Assembly (NCBI GenBank): GCA_021823525.1
Contig: JAKANY010000005.1
Location: 861 to 64,860, forward strand
DNA: 64,000 nucleotides
Source: Actinomycetes bacterium
GTDB taxonomy: Bacteria; Actinomycetota; Acidimicrobiia; Acidimicrobiales; RAAP-2
Direction of reading: 5' to 3'
Of this stretch, positions 29,440 to 40,140 are shown one piece after another (positions within the stretch are counted from its first letter, which is position 1; every line of letters begins with the position of its first letter). The notes beneath the pieces are model-generated. The model was not told the origin of the DNA, searched no databases, and saw only the letters and a program-made list of their open reading frames with translations. Position numbers and translations under genes: made by a program.

Positions 29440-30710
29440 GCGCTGGCCGCGGTCGCGGTCGGGTCCCACGTGTCCAGGTGCGCGAGCTGCGGGTTGTTGG
29501 AGAAGACCTCGACGACCGGCTGCTTGAGCGCGAGGCGCTTCATGAGGATCTCGGCGCCCAGCACCTGGTTCCACAGCAGCAGCGAGACCACCACGCCCGT
29601 CGACCCGGCGCGCGCGGTGCGCCCGGAGCGGTGCAGGTAGGCCTTCTCGTCCTCGGGCGGGTCGAAGTGGATCACGCAGTCCACCCCGTCGATGTCGAGG
29701 CCCCGCGCCGCGACGTCGGTCGCGACCAGCACCGCGAGCTGGTTGCTCGAGAAGTCCGCCAGGGTGCGCTCGCGCTGGGCCTGGCGCAGGTCGCCGTGGA
29801 TCGCGCCCGCGATGACCCTCTCCTTGGCCAGCTGCTCGACCAGGCGGTCGGCGCCGCGCTTGGTGCGCACGAAGACGATGACCTTGTCGAGGGGCCGCAC
29901 GATGGAGGCGACCACCTTGATGCGGTCGAGCTGGTGGACCTGGAGGAAGTGGTGGACCATCGCCGACACCGTGACGGTGTCGGAGGCCACCTCGTGGAAG
30001 ACGGGCTCGTGGAGGTAGCGCTTGACCAGGCGGTCGACGGCGCCGTCGAGCGTCGCCGAGAACAGCAGCGTCTGGTGCGCGTGGCGGCCGATGTGGCGCA
30101 GCACCCACTCGACCTGGGGCATGAAGCCCATGTCGGCCATGCGGTCGGCCTCGTCGATGACGAGCTCGGCGATCTTGTCCAGGGCCACCTCGCCCCGGTC
30201 GCCCAGGTCGATCAGGCGCCCGGGCGTGGCGATGACCAGGTCGACGCCCCCGCGCAGCTTCTTGATCTGGCGCTCGATGTCCGCACCCCCGTAGAGGGCG
30301 CCGACGCTCACGCCGACGGCCTTGCCCAGGGGCGCGAGCACGTCGCGCACCTGGATGGCGAGCTCGCGGGTGGGCACGAGCACCAGGCCGCGCGGACGCG
30401 CCGGGCGCACCCCCTCGATCGCCGGGGTCGCCGCCAGGCGCTGGAGCACGGGCAGGCCGAACCCGAGCGTCTTGCCCGAGCCGGTCTTGGCCTTGCCGCA
30501 CACGTCGCGACCCGCCAGGGCGTCGCCGATGGTCAGCGCCTGGATGGGGAAGGCCGTGGTGATCCCCTGGTCAGCCAGGGTGGCGATCAGCCGCTCGTCG
30601 ACCCCGAGGTCGGAAAAGGTCTGGTCCGTGGCGTACGACTCGGTCGCCGCCACGCTGCTGGAAATGGTCACTGCAACGTCCGTCTTCTCGGTCGGGCCCG
30701 AGACCGGCAT
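29436..30710 (-). CDS. DEAD-box RNA helicase
   Basis: AKTGSGKT, PTRELA, TPGRL, DEAD, SAT, ARGLD, HRSGRTAR. Confidence 0.96.
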   Translation of the reverse strand: MPVSGPTEKTDVAVTISSSVAATESYATDQTFSDLGVDERLIATLADQGITTAFPIQALTIGDALAGRDVCGKAKTGSGKTLGFGLPVLQRLAATPAIEGVRPARPRGLVLVPTRELAIQVRDVLAPLGKAVGVSVGALYGGADIERQIKKLRGGVDLVIATPGRLIDLGDRGEVALDKIAELVIDEADRMADMGFMPQVEWVLRHIGRHAHQTLLFSATLDGAVDRLVKRYLHEPVFHEVASDTVTVSAMVHHFLQVHQLDRIKVVASIVRPLDKVIVFVRTKRGADRLVEQLAKERVIAGAIHGDLRQAQRERTLADFSSNQLAVLVATDVAARGLDIDGVDCVIHFDPPEDEKAYLHRSGRTARAGSTGVVVSLLLWNQVLGAEILMKRLALKQPVVEVFSNNPQLAHLDTWDPTATAASA

Positions 30711-30789
30711 CGTGGCAGGGGGCCCCGGCCCACGTCTGGGGCCTGCCCCCTAGTCTAGGGGCGACCAGCACCCCGTGGACGGAGACGAT

Positions 30790-31260
30790 ATGCGACTCGC
30801 GGTGGGCGACGTGGCGCCCGACTTCACGCTCGAGGACACGACGGGTCGACGCGTGGCCCTGCGCGACTTCGCGGGCCAGCGCGTCGCGCTCTACGCCTAC
30901 CCCGCCGACCTCACGCCCGGGTGCACCACCGAGGCCTGCGAGTTCAACGACGAGCTCGCGGCCTTCGCCGACCTGGGCGTCACGGTGCTGGGGATCTCGC
31001 CCGACCCGGTCGCCAAGCACCAGAGGTTCACCGCGCGCTACGGCCTGCGCTTCGCGCTGCTGAGCGACCCCGAGCGCACGGTGCTCGCCGCCTACGGCGC
31101 CTACGGCGAGAAGCGCCTCTACGGCAAGACGGTCGTCGGCGTGATCCGCTCGACCTTCGTCATCGGGCCCGACGGCCGCCTCGAGCACGTCTGGTACGGC
31201 GTGCGCGCCGGGGGCCACGCCGCGCGCGTGCGCGCGGCCCTCGAGCAGTCGGCGACCTAG
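30790..31260 (+). CDS. bcp: Peroxiredoxin (BCP/PrxQ)
   Basis: YPADLTPGCTTEACEF active site. Confidence 0.92.
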   Translation: MRLAVGDVAPDFTLEDTTGRRVALRDFAGQRVALYAYPADLTPGCTTEACEFNDELAAFADLGVTVLGISPDPVAKHQRFTARYGLRFALLSDPERTVLAAYGAYGEKRLYGKTVVGVIRSTFVIGPDGRLEHVWYGVRAGGHAARVRAALEQSAT

Positions 31261-31895
31261 CGGCGCGCGTGGCGCCCGCGGGCGGGCGTGCTCGCTGCGT
31301 GGCGGCGCACCGAGCGGATCCGCAGCGCGAAGCCCCACACCAGGGCGATCACGATCACGATGATGGTGGGCGTCTGGAACAGGTGCGCGTCGTGGCTGAC
31401 GCGCGTCCAGCTGGCGCCCGCAGCGTGGCCGAGCCCCGTGAGCAGGCCGATCCAGACCGCCGAGCCGATCACCGTGAGCACGACGAAGCGCCCGCGCTTC
31501 ATCTCGGCGACCCCCGCGGGCAGGGAGATCACCGTGCGCACGACGGGCAGCACCCGGCCGATCAGCACCGAGAGCGCGCCGTAGCGGTCGAACCAGCGCT
31601 CGGCCACGTCCAGGTCGTGGTGGGTCAGCAGGACCCACTTGCCCCAGCGATCCACGATCGCGCGCCCGAGGGACCGGCCCACCTCGTAGGCGATGACCGA
31701 GCCGATCAGCGAGCCGACGACCCCCACGACGAGCACCCCGAGGATCGAGAACTGTGCGTGACCGGTCACCGCCGCGGTCGTCAGGGCGCCGGCGAACCCG
31801 AAGGTCACCTCCGAGGGGACCGGCACCAGCGCTGACTCGCCGATGGCGAGCAGGAACAGCGCCAGGTACCCGTAGTTCTGGACGAACGAGGACAT
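31257..31895 (-). CDS. DedA family membrane protein
   Basis: ESALVPVPSE, RVLPVVRTVISLPAG motifs. Confidence 0.92.
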   Translation of the reverse strand: MSSFVQNYGYLALFLLAIGESALVPVPSEVTFGFAGALTTAAVTGHAQFSILGVLVVGVVGSLIGSVIAYEVGRSLGRAIVDRWGKWVLLTHHDLDVAERWFDRYGALSVLIGRVLPVVRTVISLPAGVAEMKRGRFVVLTVIGSAVWIGLLTGLGHAAGASWTRVSHDAHLFQTPTIIVIVIALVWGFALRIRSVRRHAASTPARGRHARR

Positions 31896-31958
31896 CGGAC
31901 CATTCTCGCGCCTGCGGGCGCGATCCGTGCGCTTCGCGGGCGCGTTCTTGGCGAATTC

Positions 31959-32750
31959 TTACCCGGGGACGACCTGGTGGAGGGGGCACCAGTAGGTCGA
32001 GCGCCCCCCGACGACCCCGTGGGCCAGCGGCGTCCCGTCGCGCGGGCAGCGCCCCTCGCGGTGGCGCGCCTCCTGGTGGTCCCCGGTGTGGGACCCGCCG
32101 CGGCGCTCCAGGGTGCGCAAGGTCGCGCGCAGCGCCCGCAACAGGCGCGCGCGACTCGCGGCGTCGAGACGTCCCACCGGCGTGCGCGGGTCGAGCCCCG
32201 CGCGAAAGAGCGCCTCGTCGGCGAGCAGGTTGCCCACGCCCGCCAGGCGCGACTGGTCGAGCAGGCGTGCCTTGATCGCCGGACCCGGACCGCGGCTGGC
32301 CAGGGCCTGCGCGAACTGCGCCGCGCGCAGCGAGAGCACGTCGGGGCCGAGCGCGTCGAGGTCGGGGTCGAGCTCGACGCGCGCCAGGCGGCGGGGGTCG
32401 TGGAGCAGGAGGCGCCGCCCGTCGGCCAGCTCCAGGCCCGCGCGGATCCAGCGCTCCTGGTAGCCGTGGGGTCCGTAGAAGAGGCCCGTGATGCCCGCGG
32501 TGCCCTCGAGCAGCAGCACGCCGGTCATCCCGAAGCGCAGGCCGAGGTCCGGCCCGTCGGTCGTGAGCACGAGCAGCTTGCCGCGGCGCGCGGTGCCCGT
32601 CACCGTGCGCCCGCGCGTCGCCGCGGCCCACGCGCGCGTCGAGGGGAGCTTGGCGGCGGCGTAGGCGTCGGCGAAGCCGCGCGCCACCCGCGCCCCCACG
32701 ACCCCCTCGGCCAGGCGCCGGTAGCTCTCGACCTCGAGCACTTCGGGCAC
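31959..32750 (-). CDS. Fpg/Nei-family DNA glycosylase/AP lyase
   Basis: Start re-picked at (M)PEVLEVE with catalytic Pro-Glu; RRGK, GMTG, H2TH AGVGNLLADE, C-terminal zinc finger. Confidence 0.9.
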   Translation of the reverse strand: MPEVLEVESYRRLAEGVVGARVARGFADAYAAAKLPSTRAWAAATRGRTVTGTARRGKLLVLTTDGPDLGLRFGMTGVLLLEGTAGITGLFYGPHGYQERWIRAGLELADGRRLLLHDPRRLARVELDPDLDALGPDVLSLRAAQFAQALASRGPGPAIKARLLDQSRLAGVGNLLADEALFRAGLDPRTPVGRLDAASRARLLRALRATLRTLERRGGSHTGDHQEARHREGRCPRDGTPLAHGVVGGRSTYWCPLHQVVPG

Positions 32751-32787
32751 CGGGGCAGCGTAGCGGGGTGCTCGGTACCATGGGGCG

Positions 32788-33912
32788 GTGACCCCCGACA
32801 AGCCCCAGTGGCTCGAGCTGTTCGCCGAGGTGGTGACGACGGGGCTGTGCACCGGGTGCGCCGCCTGCGTGGTCGCCTGCCCCCACGACGTGCTCGGCTA
32901 CGACGACGCGCAGGGCCTCTACCGGCCCTTCCACGTGGAGGCCGACGGCGGGCCGACCGACTGCACCCACGGCCAGCGCGGCTGCACCATGTGCACGCGG
33001 GCCTGCCCGCGCTTTCGCACCTGGGAGCCCGAGATCGACGTGCACCGCGTGGGCCGCGAGCGGCGCGACGACGAGGTCGCGGGCGTGGGCGACGTCGTGC
33101 TGGCGCGCGCGCTCGATCCCGAGGTGGCCGCCACCGGCCAGGACGGCGGCTTCGTGTCGGCCCTGCTCATCCACGCGCTGGCCCACGACCTCATCGACGC
33201 GGCCCTGGTCTCCGGGCGCGAGGGCGACGGGACCTCGTGGCGCGCCGTGCCCGCGGTCGTGCGCACGCGCGACGAGGTGCTGGCGGCCGCCGGCTCGCGC
33301 TACACCTACAGTGCGAACCTGCTCGCCTACCCCGAGGCGGTCGCCGGGGGCGCCGAGCGCCTGGCCCTGGTCGGCATGGGCTGCGCGGCCTCGGCGCCGG
33401 GCGCCATGCAGGCGCGCAAGGCCGGCAAGATCGCGCGGCGCCTGGTGCTCAGCATCGGCCTGCTGTGCTCCAAGACCTTCGACGACGCCATCTTCCCCGA
33501 GCTCTTTGAGGCCCGCTACGGTCTGGCGCGCGCCGACATCGCCAAGATGAACATCAAGGGCGCCTTTCGCGTGACCACGCGCGACGGGCAGCGCCACGAC
33601 ATCCCCCTGCGCGAGGCCCACGACTTCACGCGCACGGGATGCGTGATGTGCCCGGACTTCGCGGCCGAGCACGCCGACCTGTCCGCGGGGGGCATCGGGG
33701 CCCTCGACGACTGGACGCTGGTCGTGGTGCGCACCGAGCTCGGGCGCAGCCTGCTCGACGCGCTGGTGGCCGCCGGCGCCGTGGAGACGCGGCCCGCCCA
33801 CGAGGACCCCCGCGCGCTGGCGCTGCTCGCGCGCCTGGCGCGCGCGTCGCGCACGCGCTGGCCCGACTGGGCCGACGCCCACCCGGGACGCACGGGCGCG
33901 CCGGCCTCGTGA
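32788..33912 (+). CDS. F420 hydrogenase/dehydrogenase beta-subunit (FrhB) family protein with ferredoxin domain
   Basis: CTGCAACVVAC, CTMCTRAC, QDGGFVSAL, GSRYT, VGMGC, IGLLCSKTF, GCVMCPDF. Confidence 0.88.
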   Translation: MTPDKPQWLELFAEVVTTGLCTGCAACVVACPHDVLGYDDAQGLYRPFHVEADGGPTDCTHGQRGCTMCTRACPRFRTWEPEIDVHRVGRERRDDEVAGVGDVVLARALDPEVAATGQDGGFVSALLIHALAHDLIDAALVSGREGDGTSWRAVPAVVRTRDEVLAAAGSRYTYSANLLAYPEAVAGGAERLALVGMGCAASAPGAMQARKAGKIARRLVLSIGLLCSKTFDDAIFPELFEARYGLARADIAKMNIKGAFRVTTRDGQRHDIPLREAHDFTRTGCVMCPDFAAEHADLSAGGIGALDDWTLVVVRTELGRSLLDALVAAGAVETRPAHEDPRALALLARLARASRTRWPDWADAHPGRTGAPAS

Positions 33913-34523
33913 CGGCGCCCACCACCCTCGTCCTGGTGCGCCACGGGCGCACGGCCACGACCGGTCGCGAGCTGCCCACCGCCGACGTCCCCCTCGACGA
34001 GCGCGGGCGCGCCCAGGCCGACGCCGTCGCCCGGGCCCTCGGCGCGCTGGACCCGGCGCCCACCGCCCTGTACACCTCGCCGATCCGGCGCTGCCGCGAG
34101 ACCGCCGCGCCCCTCGCCCGAGCCCTCGGGCTGCGCGCCCGCACCGCGGCGGGACTGCGCGAGTGCGACTACGGCGAGTGGACCGGCCAGCGCCTCGCGC
34201 GGCTGCGCCGCCTCGCGGCCTGGCGCACGGTGATCACGACGCCCTCGCTCGTCACGTTCCCCGGCGGCGAGTCGCTCGCGGGCATGAGCCAGCGCGTGTG
34301 GGCGACGCTGCTGGCCCTCGCCGCAGCCCATCCCGGCGAGCGCGTCGTCGCCGTCTCCCACGCCGACCCGATCCGCGCGGCGGTCGCGGCGGCCGCGGGG
34401 ATGCCGCTCGACCTGTTCGGGCGCCTCGTCGTGGCGCCGGCCTCGCTCAGCGTGCTGCGCCTCGGACCCGCCGTCGGCGTGCTCGGGGTCAACCTCACGG
34501 ACCTGACCGCGGTGGTGGGCTGA
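33909..34523 (+). CDS. Histidine phosphatase family protein (MSMEG_4193-like)
   Basis: LVRHGRT, SPIRRC.ETA, ECDYGEWTG, SHADPI; GTGA overlap. Confidence 0.88.
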   Translation: MTAPTTLVLVRHGRTATTGRELPTADVPLDERGRAQADAVARALGALDPAPTALYTSPIRRCRETAAPLARALGLRARTAAGLRECDYGEWTGQRLARLRRLAAWRTVITTPSLVTFPGGESLAGMSQRVWATLLALAAAHPGERVVAVSHADPIRAAVAAAAGMPLDLFGRLVVAPASLSVLRLGPAVGVLGVNLTDLTAVVG

Positions 34524-35002
34524 TGCGGTACCTCTTCGAGCACCCGGACCGGGTGGTCGTGGGCGCCCACGGTGAGGTCGGCCAGCGCCGGTTCCTGCTC
34601 CAGGTGCGCCAGGGGCCCCAGCTGGTCGTGGTCAAGGTCGAGAAGCAGCAGATGGTCGCGCTCGCCGAGTGGGTGGTGCGCGTGCTCGACGACCTGGGCC
34701 GTCCCGGACACCTGCCCGAGGACCTCTCTCTCGAGCCCGAGCTCGAGGCGGACCTCGAGGCCGGCTCGATCACCGTGGGCCTCGACGCCGAGGCCCAGCG
34801 CCTCACGGTCTCGATCGAGGCCCGCGAGGGCGAGGACCTCCTCGAGTTCACCCTCAGCGCCACCTGGGCCGCGGCCCTGGCCATCGAGGTGACCCGCCTG
34901 GTCGAGGCCGGGCGGCCCCCGTGCCCGCTGTGCGGGCTCCCCCTGGACCCGCGGGGCCACGACTGCCCCCGCACGAACGGCCACCGAGCCCCCCTCGCCT
35001 GA
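34523..35002 (+). CDS. DUF3090 family protein
   Basis: VGEVGQRRFLLQ, EKQQ, C-terminal AGRPPCPLCGLPLDPRGHDCPRTNGH. Confidence 0.85.
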   Translation: MRYLFEHPDRVVVGAHGEVGQRRFLLQVRQGPQLVVVKVEKQQMVALAEWVVRVLDDLGRPGHLPEDLSLEPELEADLEAGSITVGLDAEAQRLTVSIEAREGEDLLEFTLSATWAAALAIEVTRLVEAGRPPCPLCGLPLDPRGHDCPRTNGHRAPLA

Positions 35003-35707
35003 GTGGAGCGGGCCGACCAGCGCGAGCTGCTCGAGCGCGGTCGCCTGCGCGTGGAGGGCCGGGTGCTCGGCTCCTCGAACCAGGCCCTGCTCGTGCGCGT
35101 GACCGGCGCGGGCGCCGAGGCGCTCGCCTGCTACAAGGCCGAGCGGGCCGAGCGCGCCCTGGCCGACTTCCCCCCGGGGCTGTGGCGTCGCGAGGTGGCC
35201 GCCGAGCGCCTCGACGAGCTGCTCGGCCTCGACCTGGTGCCCGCGACGGTCGCCCGCCTCGACGGGCCGCTCGGGCCCGGGTCGCTCCAGTGGTGGGTCG
35301 AGGCCACCGCGGACACCTTCTTCGAGCTGCGCGAGGACCCCGCGCACCGGGCGTGGCTGGTCGACCTGGCCGCCTACGACGTGGTGGCCAACAACGCCGA
35401 CCGCAAAGGCGGCCACGTGCTGGACGAGGACGGCCGCCTGTGGGCGATCGACCACGGGCTGTGCTTCCACGAGCGCGACAAGCTGCGCACGGTCGTGTGG
35501 GACTACGCGGGCGAGGAGATCGACCAGCGGTGGGATGAACGCCTGGCGCACCTGCCCGAGGGTCTCGACACGCTGCGCGCGTGGCTGAGCGACGCCGAGG
35601 TCGACGCGACGGCGGCGCGCGCGCGCGCCCTGGCGCTCACGGGGCGCCTGCCGTGGCCCGACACGCAGCGCGAGTGGCCCCCGCCCTATCCGTGGCCCCT
35701 GGTGTGA
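35003..35707 (+). CDS. SCO1664 family protein (PI3/4-kinase-like fold)
   Basis: GSSNQALL, YKAE..ER.L.DFP, NNADRKGGH, IDHGLCFH, KLRTVVW. Confidence 0.88.
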   Translation: MERADQRELLERGRLRVEGRVLGSSNQALLVRVTGAGAEALACYKAERAERALADFPPGLWRREVAAERLDELLGLDLVPATVARLDGPLGPGSLQWWVEATADTFFELREDPAHRAWLVDLAAYDVVANNADRKGGHVLDEDGRLWAIDHGLCFHERDKLRTVVWDYAGEEIDQRWDERLAHLPEGLDTLRAWLSDAEVDATAARARALALTGRLPWPDTQREWPPPYPWPLV

Positions 35708-35751
35708 CGCGCCTGCGCGACGGTGCGATACTGGGCGCAGAGAGGAGCCCT

Positions 35752-36468
35752 ATGGATTCCCTGCGACCCCTGACCCTGGTTCTGGCCGTCGCGACGGTCG
35801 TGGGCGCGATCGCCGTGGGCGACGCGCTCGCCCGCCCGAGCGCGTCAGTGGCGCGCACCGTGAGCGTCACGGGCGTGGGCACCGTCACCGCGGCGCCCGA
35901 CACCTTCACCTTCAGCGTCGACGTCGTCACCTCCGCGCCCACGACGGCGGCCGCGCTCGCGGCCAACGACGCGCGCGTCGTGGCGCTCGACCGCGCTCTC
36001 GCGACCCAGCGCGTCACCCGCCGCGAGCTGTCCACCACGTCGCTGTCGGTCAACCCCACCTACGACGGGCACGGACACGTCACCGGCTACCAGGTCGACG
36101 ACCAGGTCACGGTGACCTCCCACCAGGTCACCCACGCGGGCGCGATCCTCGGGGCTGCGGTCGCCGCTGCGGGCAACCCCGGGCAGATCTCCGGACTCAC
36201 CTTCTCGGTCTCGAGCCAGTCCGCCGCCCGCGCGCGCGCCCGGGCCGACGCGATCCTCGCGGCCGCGAGCGCCGCGAAGACGTTGGCCCGCGCCGCGGGG
36301 ACGACGGTCGGTCGGGTCATCAGCATCGTCGACGAGGAGAACGCGTCACCGATCGTGATCCCCGAGCCGGTCTTCGCCGCGGCGAGTGCCCGCGCGCCGA
36401 ACGTCCCGGTCTCCCCGGGCACCCAGACCATCTCGGTCACCGTGAAGGTCGTCGACCAGCTCGGCTAA
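35752..36468 (+). CDS. SIMPL domain (DUF541) protein
   Basis: Signal peptide, VSVTGVGTVTAAPD, PGTQTISVTVKV; ATG 35752 after AGGAG. Confidence 0.88.
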   Translation: MDSLRPLTLVLAVATVVGAIAVGDALARPSASVARTVSVTGVGTVTAAPDTFTFSVDVVTSAPTTAAALAANDARVVALDRALATQRVTRRELSTTSLSVNPTYDGHGHVTGYQVDDQVTVTSHQVTHAGAILGAAVAAAGNPGQISGLTFSVSSQSAARARARADAILAAASAAKTLARAAGTTVGRVISIVDEENASPIVIPEPVFAAASARAPNVPVSPGTQTISVTVKVVDQLG

Positions 36469-36488
36469 CCCGACCCGGCCGGCCCGTG

Positions 36489-36848
36489 CTACTGGGGACG
36501 GTCCTGGAGCAGCCCGAGCAGGTTGCCGTCGACGTCGCTCACCGTGGCGACGAGGCGCCCGCCGCCCACATCGCGCACCCCGTCGTGGACCGACGCTCCC
36601 GCGGCCATGACCTCGGCCAACTTGGCCTGGATGTCGGCCACGTGCCAGTAGGCGACGGGGGACGCCGCGGCGCTGGCGGCGCGCGGCACCAGACCGATGT
36701 GCTGGCCCTGCGCATCGAAGCCCACGTAGAAGTCGCTGGCGAACGTCGGCTCGACGCCCAGCAGCGCCGCGTAGAGCGGCGTCGCGGCCGCGAGGTCGGC
36801 GACCGGGTGCAAGACGGTCTTGATGCCCTGGGTGGGGGTGGGGGTCAC
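36489..36848 (-). CDS. VOC/glyoxalase family protein
   Basis: [23 protein letters not shown]...DVDGNLLGL. Confidence 0.88.
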   Translation of the reverse strand: MTPTPTQGIKTVLHPVADLAAATPLYAALLGVEPTFASDFYVGFDAQGQHIGLVPRAASAAASPVAYWHVADIQAKLAEVMAAGASVHDGVRDVGGGRLVATVSDVDGNLLGLLQDRPQ

Positions 36849-36882
36849 GGGTCCTCCTGGTCGTCGCGATCGTACTGCGGGC

Positions 36883-38367
36883 TCAGGTCCCGGGATCGGG
36901 CGTGAGGTCCAGGGCCCCCGAGCGCAGCACCACCAGCGAGACGACGGCGCCGAAGAGGAAGAAGCCCGCGGCCCACCAGAACGCGATGACGTCGCCGTGC
37001 ACCGTCGCGCTGGCCAGGCGCAGCGCTCCGGGCGCCGAAGAGTGCAGGTAGGCCCGCGTGCCCGCGCTCACCGCGATGGTGTTGAGCAGCGCGGTGCCCA
37101 TGGAGCCGCCGACCTGCTGGACGGTGTTGACACTGGCCGAGGCCGCGCCGGCGTCGGCCGCGCGCACCCCGGCTGTGGCGCTGGCGATCGCCGGCGCGAA
37201 GACCAGCCCGAGCCCGAGGCCCGCGACGACCAGGCCCGGCAGCACCGACGACACGTACGAGGCGTGCAGGGGCAGCCGGGTGAAGAGGATCAGCCCGAGG
37301 GCCGCGAGGATCATCCCGGTGGGCACCAGCGGTCGGGGCCCGACCAGGCCCAGCAGCCGCGCGCTGGCGATGGCGGCCGTCACGACGAGCGCGCCGACCA
37401 TGGGCAGGTAGGCGACGCCGGTGCGCAGGGGCGAGTACCCGTCGAAGTTCTCCAGGTAGTAGGTGAGGAAGAGCGAGACGCCAAAGAGCCCGGCGTTGGT
37501 CAGGAAGAGCGCCACCAGGGATCCCCCGCGCGTGCGCTCGACCACGATGCGCAGGGGCAGCAGCGGGTGGCGGCTGCGCCGCTGCCAGGCGACGAAGGCG
37601 GTGAGCAGCGCCACGCCCCCGACCAGGCTGGCGATCGTCACGGCGTCGCCCCACGAGGCGGTCACGGCGTTGGCGAAGCCGTAGACGACGAGGAAGAGGC
37701 CCCCACCTCCCAGCAGCACCCCGGGCAGGTCGAGCGGGTCGTGGGAGGCCGGGCGGCCACCCGGCACCAGGAGCAGCACGCCGACCAGGGCCACCAGGCC
37801 GAGCAGGACGTTGACGTAGAGCGTCCAGCGCCACGACACCCACTGGGTGAGCGCACCGCCCACGATCAGGCCGATGGCCGCGCCCGACCCGGCGAGCGCC
37901 CCGTAGATGGCGAAGGCCCGGGCGCGCTCGTGGGCCTCGGTGAAGGTCGTGGTCAAGGCAGCCAGGGCCGCGGGCGCCAGCACCGCGGCGAACGCGCCTT
38001 GGACCGCCCGGGCCGACACCAGCATGGCGAAGGACGTCGCGGCCCCGCCCACGGCGCTCGCCAGGGCGAAGCCCACCAGGCCCACGACGAGGGCCGTGCG
38101 CCGGCCCCACCAGTCCCCGAGGCGCCCCCCGAGCAGCAGCAGCGCGCCGAAGGCCAGCGCGTAGCCCGTCAGCGGCCACTGGCGCAGCGCCGTGGCGAAG
38201 TGCAGGTCGGCCTGGGCCCGCGGCAGGGCGATGTTGATGATGGTGACGTCGAGGGCGACCATCAGCTGGACCAGCCCGAGGACGCTCAGCGTCCACCACC
38301 GTCGGCGGTGGTGGACGGTGGCGGTGCGGTCGACGGTCGCGGCGGGAGACCCGCCGGCGTCGGTCAC
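36883..38367 (-). CDS. DHA2 (14-TM) MFS drug-efflux transporter
   Basis: [33 protein letters not shown]. Confidence 0.92.
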   Translation of the reverse strand: MTDAGGSPAATVDRTATVHHRRRWWTLSVLGLVQLMVALDVTIINIALPRAQADLHFATALRQWPLTGYALAFGALLLLGGRLGDWWGRRTALVVGLVGFALASAVGGAATSFAMLVSARAVQGAFAAVLAPAALAALTTTFTEAHERARAFAIYGALAGSGAAIGLIVGGALTQWVSWRWTLYVNVLLGLVALVGVLLLVPGGRPASHDPLDLPGVLLGGGGLFLVVYGFANAVTASWGDAVTIASLVGGVALLTAFVAWQRRSRHPLLPLRIVVERTRGGSLVALFLTNAGLFGVSLFLTYYLENFDGYSPLRTGVAYLPMVGALVVTAAIASARLLGLVGPRPLVPTGMILAALGLILFTRLPLHASYVSSVLPGLVVAGLGLGLVFAPAIASATAGVRAADAGAASASVNTVQQVGGSMGTALLNTIAVSAGTRAYLHSSAPGALRLASATVHGDVIAFWWAAGFFLFGAVVSLVVLRSGALDLTPDPGT

Positions 38368-39329
38368 GACGAGCGGGCCTTCAGCAGGTCGATCAGGGCC
38401 GGGAGGACCTTCTGGACCTCGCCGACGATCCCCAGGTCGGCGACCTGGAAGATGGGCGCGTCGGGGTCCTTGTTGACCGCCACGATCGCCTTGGAGCCCT
38501 TCATGCCCACCAGGTGCTGCGTGGCCCCCGAGATGCCGCAGGCCACGTAGACGGTGGGCTTGACGGTCTTGCCGGTCTGGCCGACCTGGCGCGCGTAGGG
38601 CACCCAGCCCGCGTCCACGATCGCCCGGCTCGCCCCGGCCGCGCCGTGGAGCAGGCGCGCGATCTCCTCGACCCAGGCGTAGTGCGCGGCCTCCCCGAGG
38701 CCCCGGCCCCCGGCGACCACGACGGCCGCGTCCTCGAGCTGCGGGCCCTCGCGGACCTCCTCGTGGCGCGCGACGATGCGTGCGGCACCCGCGGCGCCCA
38801 CGTCACCGGCCGGTGCGGCCACGACGGTCGCGGGCGCGCCCCCGGCCGCCTCGGCGGCGAAGGACTTGGCGCGCACGACGAACAGGCCCGGGCCCGACCC
38901 GCGGAAGCGGGCGTGGACCAGCTGGGTCCCACCAAAGGCCGGGTGCTCGCTCACCAGCCCGCCGTCGTCGGCCAGTCCCGTCACGTTGGTCAGCACCGGC
39001 CGGTCGAGTCGCGCCGAGAGGCGTCCGGCGATGTCGCGGCCGTCGTAGCTGGCCGGGATCAGGATCGCGTCGGGCGCCTCGGCGCCCGCCAGCGCCGCCA
39101 GGGCCGCGGCGACGGGTGCGCCGGGCAGGGCGTCGCCCACGTCGGGCACCTGGTAGAGGGTGGTGGCGCCGTAGTCGCCCGCCTGGGCGGCGTGGTCGCC
39201 CGCGCCCCAGGTCACGGCCGCGACCGACGACGCCAGGCCGCGCGCGGCGCTGAGCAGCTCGAGAGAGGTAGTCGACAGCGCCGTGCCGGCGGGCTCGGCG
39301 ACCACCCAGATCGTTCCCAGTGTCATCAT
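38364..39329 (-). CDS. etfA: Electron transfer flavoprotein alpha subunit
   Basis: [36 protein letters not shown]. Confidence 0.95.
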   Translation of the reverse strand: MMTLGTIWVVAEPAGTALSTTSLELLSAARGLASSVAAVTWGAGDHAAQAGDYGATTLYQVPDVGDALPGAPVAAALAALAGAEAPDAILIPASYDGRDIAGRLSARLDRPVLTNVTGLADDGGLVSEHPAFGGTQLVHARFRGSGPGLFVVRAKSFAAEAAGGAPATVVAAPAGDVGAAGAARIVARHEEVREGPQLEDAAVVVAGGRGLGEAAHYAWVEEIARLLHGAAGASRAIVDAGWVPYARQVGQTGKTVKPTVYVACGISGATQHLVGMKGSKAIVAVNKDPDAPIFQVADLGIVGEVQKVLPALIDLLKARSS

Positions 39330-39334
39330 CCCTC

Positions 39335-40108
39335 CTAGAGGACCTTGATCGACTCGAGGAAGGCCACGATGCGCTGGGCGCCGTCACCCTCGTCCACGTG
39401 CTTCTCGCCCGCCGCGCGGGCCTCGGCGGCCACCACGTCGACGATCTCCTGGCGGGCCCCCGCGGGGCCGACCTCGCCGGCGAGGCCCAGATCCGCGACG
39501 CTCAGCTGCTCGACCGGCTTGGACTTGGCCGCCATGATGCCCTTGAAGGAGGCGTAGCGCGGCTCGACGACGCCCGCGGTAACGGTCACGACCGCCGGCA
39601 GCGGCGCGACGACCTCGTCGTAGCCGGCCTCGGTCTGGCGCGCCACGCTGACCTGCCCACCCTCGGCGGTGACGGCCTTGGCGAAGGTGATCGAGGGCCA
39701 TCCCAGGAGCTCGGCCAGCTGCACGGGCAAGGTGCCCGTGTAGCCGTCGGAGGACTCGGTCGCGGCCAGGACGAGGTCCGGGGCGGCGCGGCGCACCGCG
39801 GCGGCCAGCACCTTGGCGGTGCCCAGGGCGTCGGTGCCGCGCAGCGACTCGTCGCTGACGACGATCGCCTTGGCCGCGCCCATCGCCAGGGCGTTGCGGA
39901 TGCCCGCCAGGTCGGCCGCCGAGCCCATCGACACGACGGTGACCTCCCCGCCGCCGGCCTTGTCGACCAGCTGCAGGGCCATCTCGACACCGTAGGTGTC
40001 GGCCTCGTCCAAGATGAGCTTGCCCGTCCGGTCCAGGTTGTGGTTGGCGTCCAGCGACTGGGGTGCGGTCGGGTCGGGAATCTGCTTGACACAGACGACG
40101 ACGTTCAT
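39335..40108 (-). CDS. etfB: Electron transfer flavoprotein beta subunit
   Basis: MNVVVCVKQIPD start (ATG 40108), PRYASFKGIMAAK. Confidence 0.95.
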   Translation of the reverse strand: MNVVVCVKQIPDPTAPQSLDANHNLDRTGKLILDEADTYGVEMALQLVDKAGGGEVTVVSMGSAADLAGIRNALAMGAAKAIVVSDESLRGTDALGTAKVLAAAVRRAAPDLVLAATESSDGYTGTLPVQLAELLGWPSITFAKAVTAEGGQVSVARQTEAGYDEVVAPLPAVVTVTAGVVEPRYASFKGIMAAKSKPVEQLSVADLGLAGEVGPAGARQEIVDVVAAEARAAGEKHVDEGDGAQRIVAFLESIKVL

Positions 40109-40140
40109 GTCCCTCAATCTACGCCAGGCGCGCGTACCCC

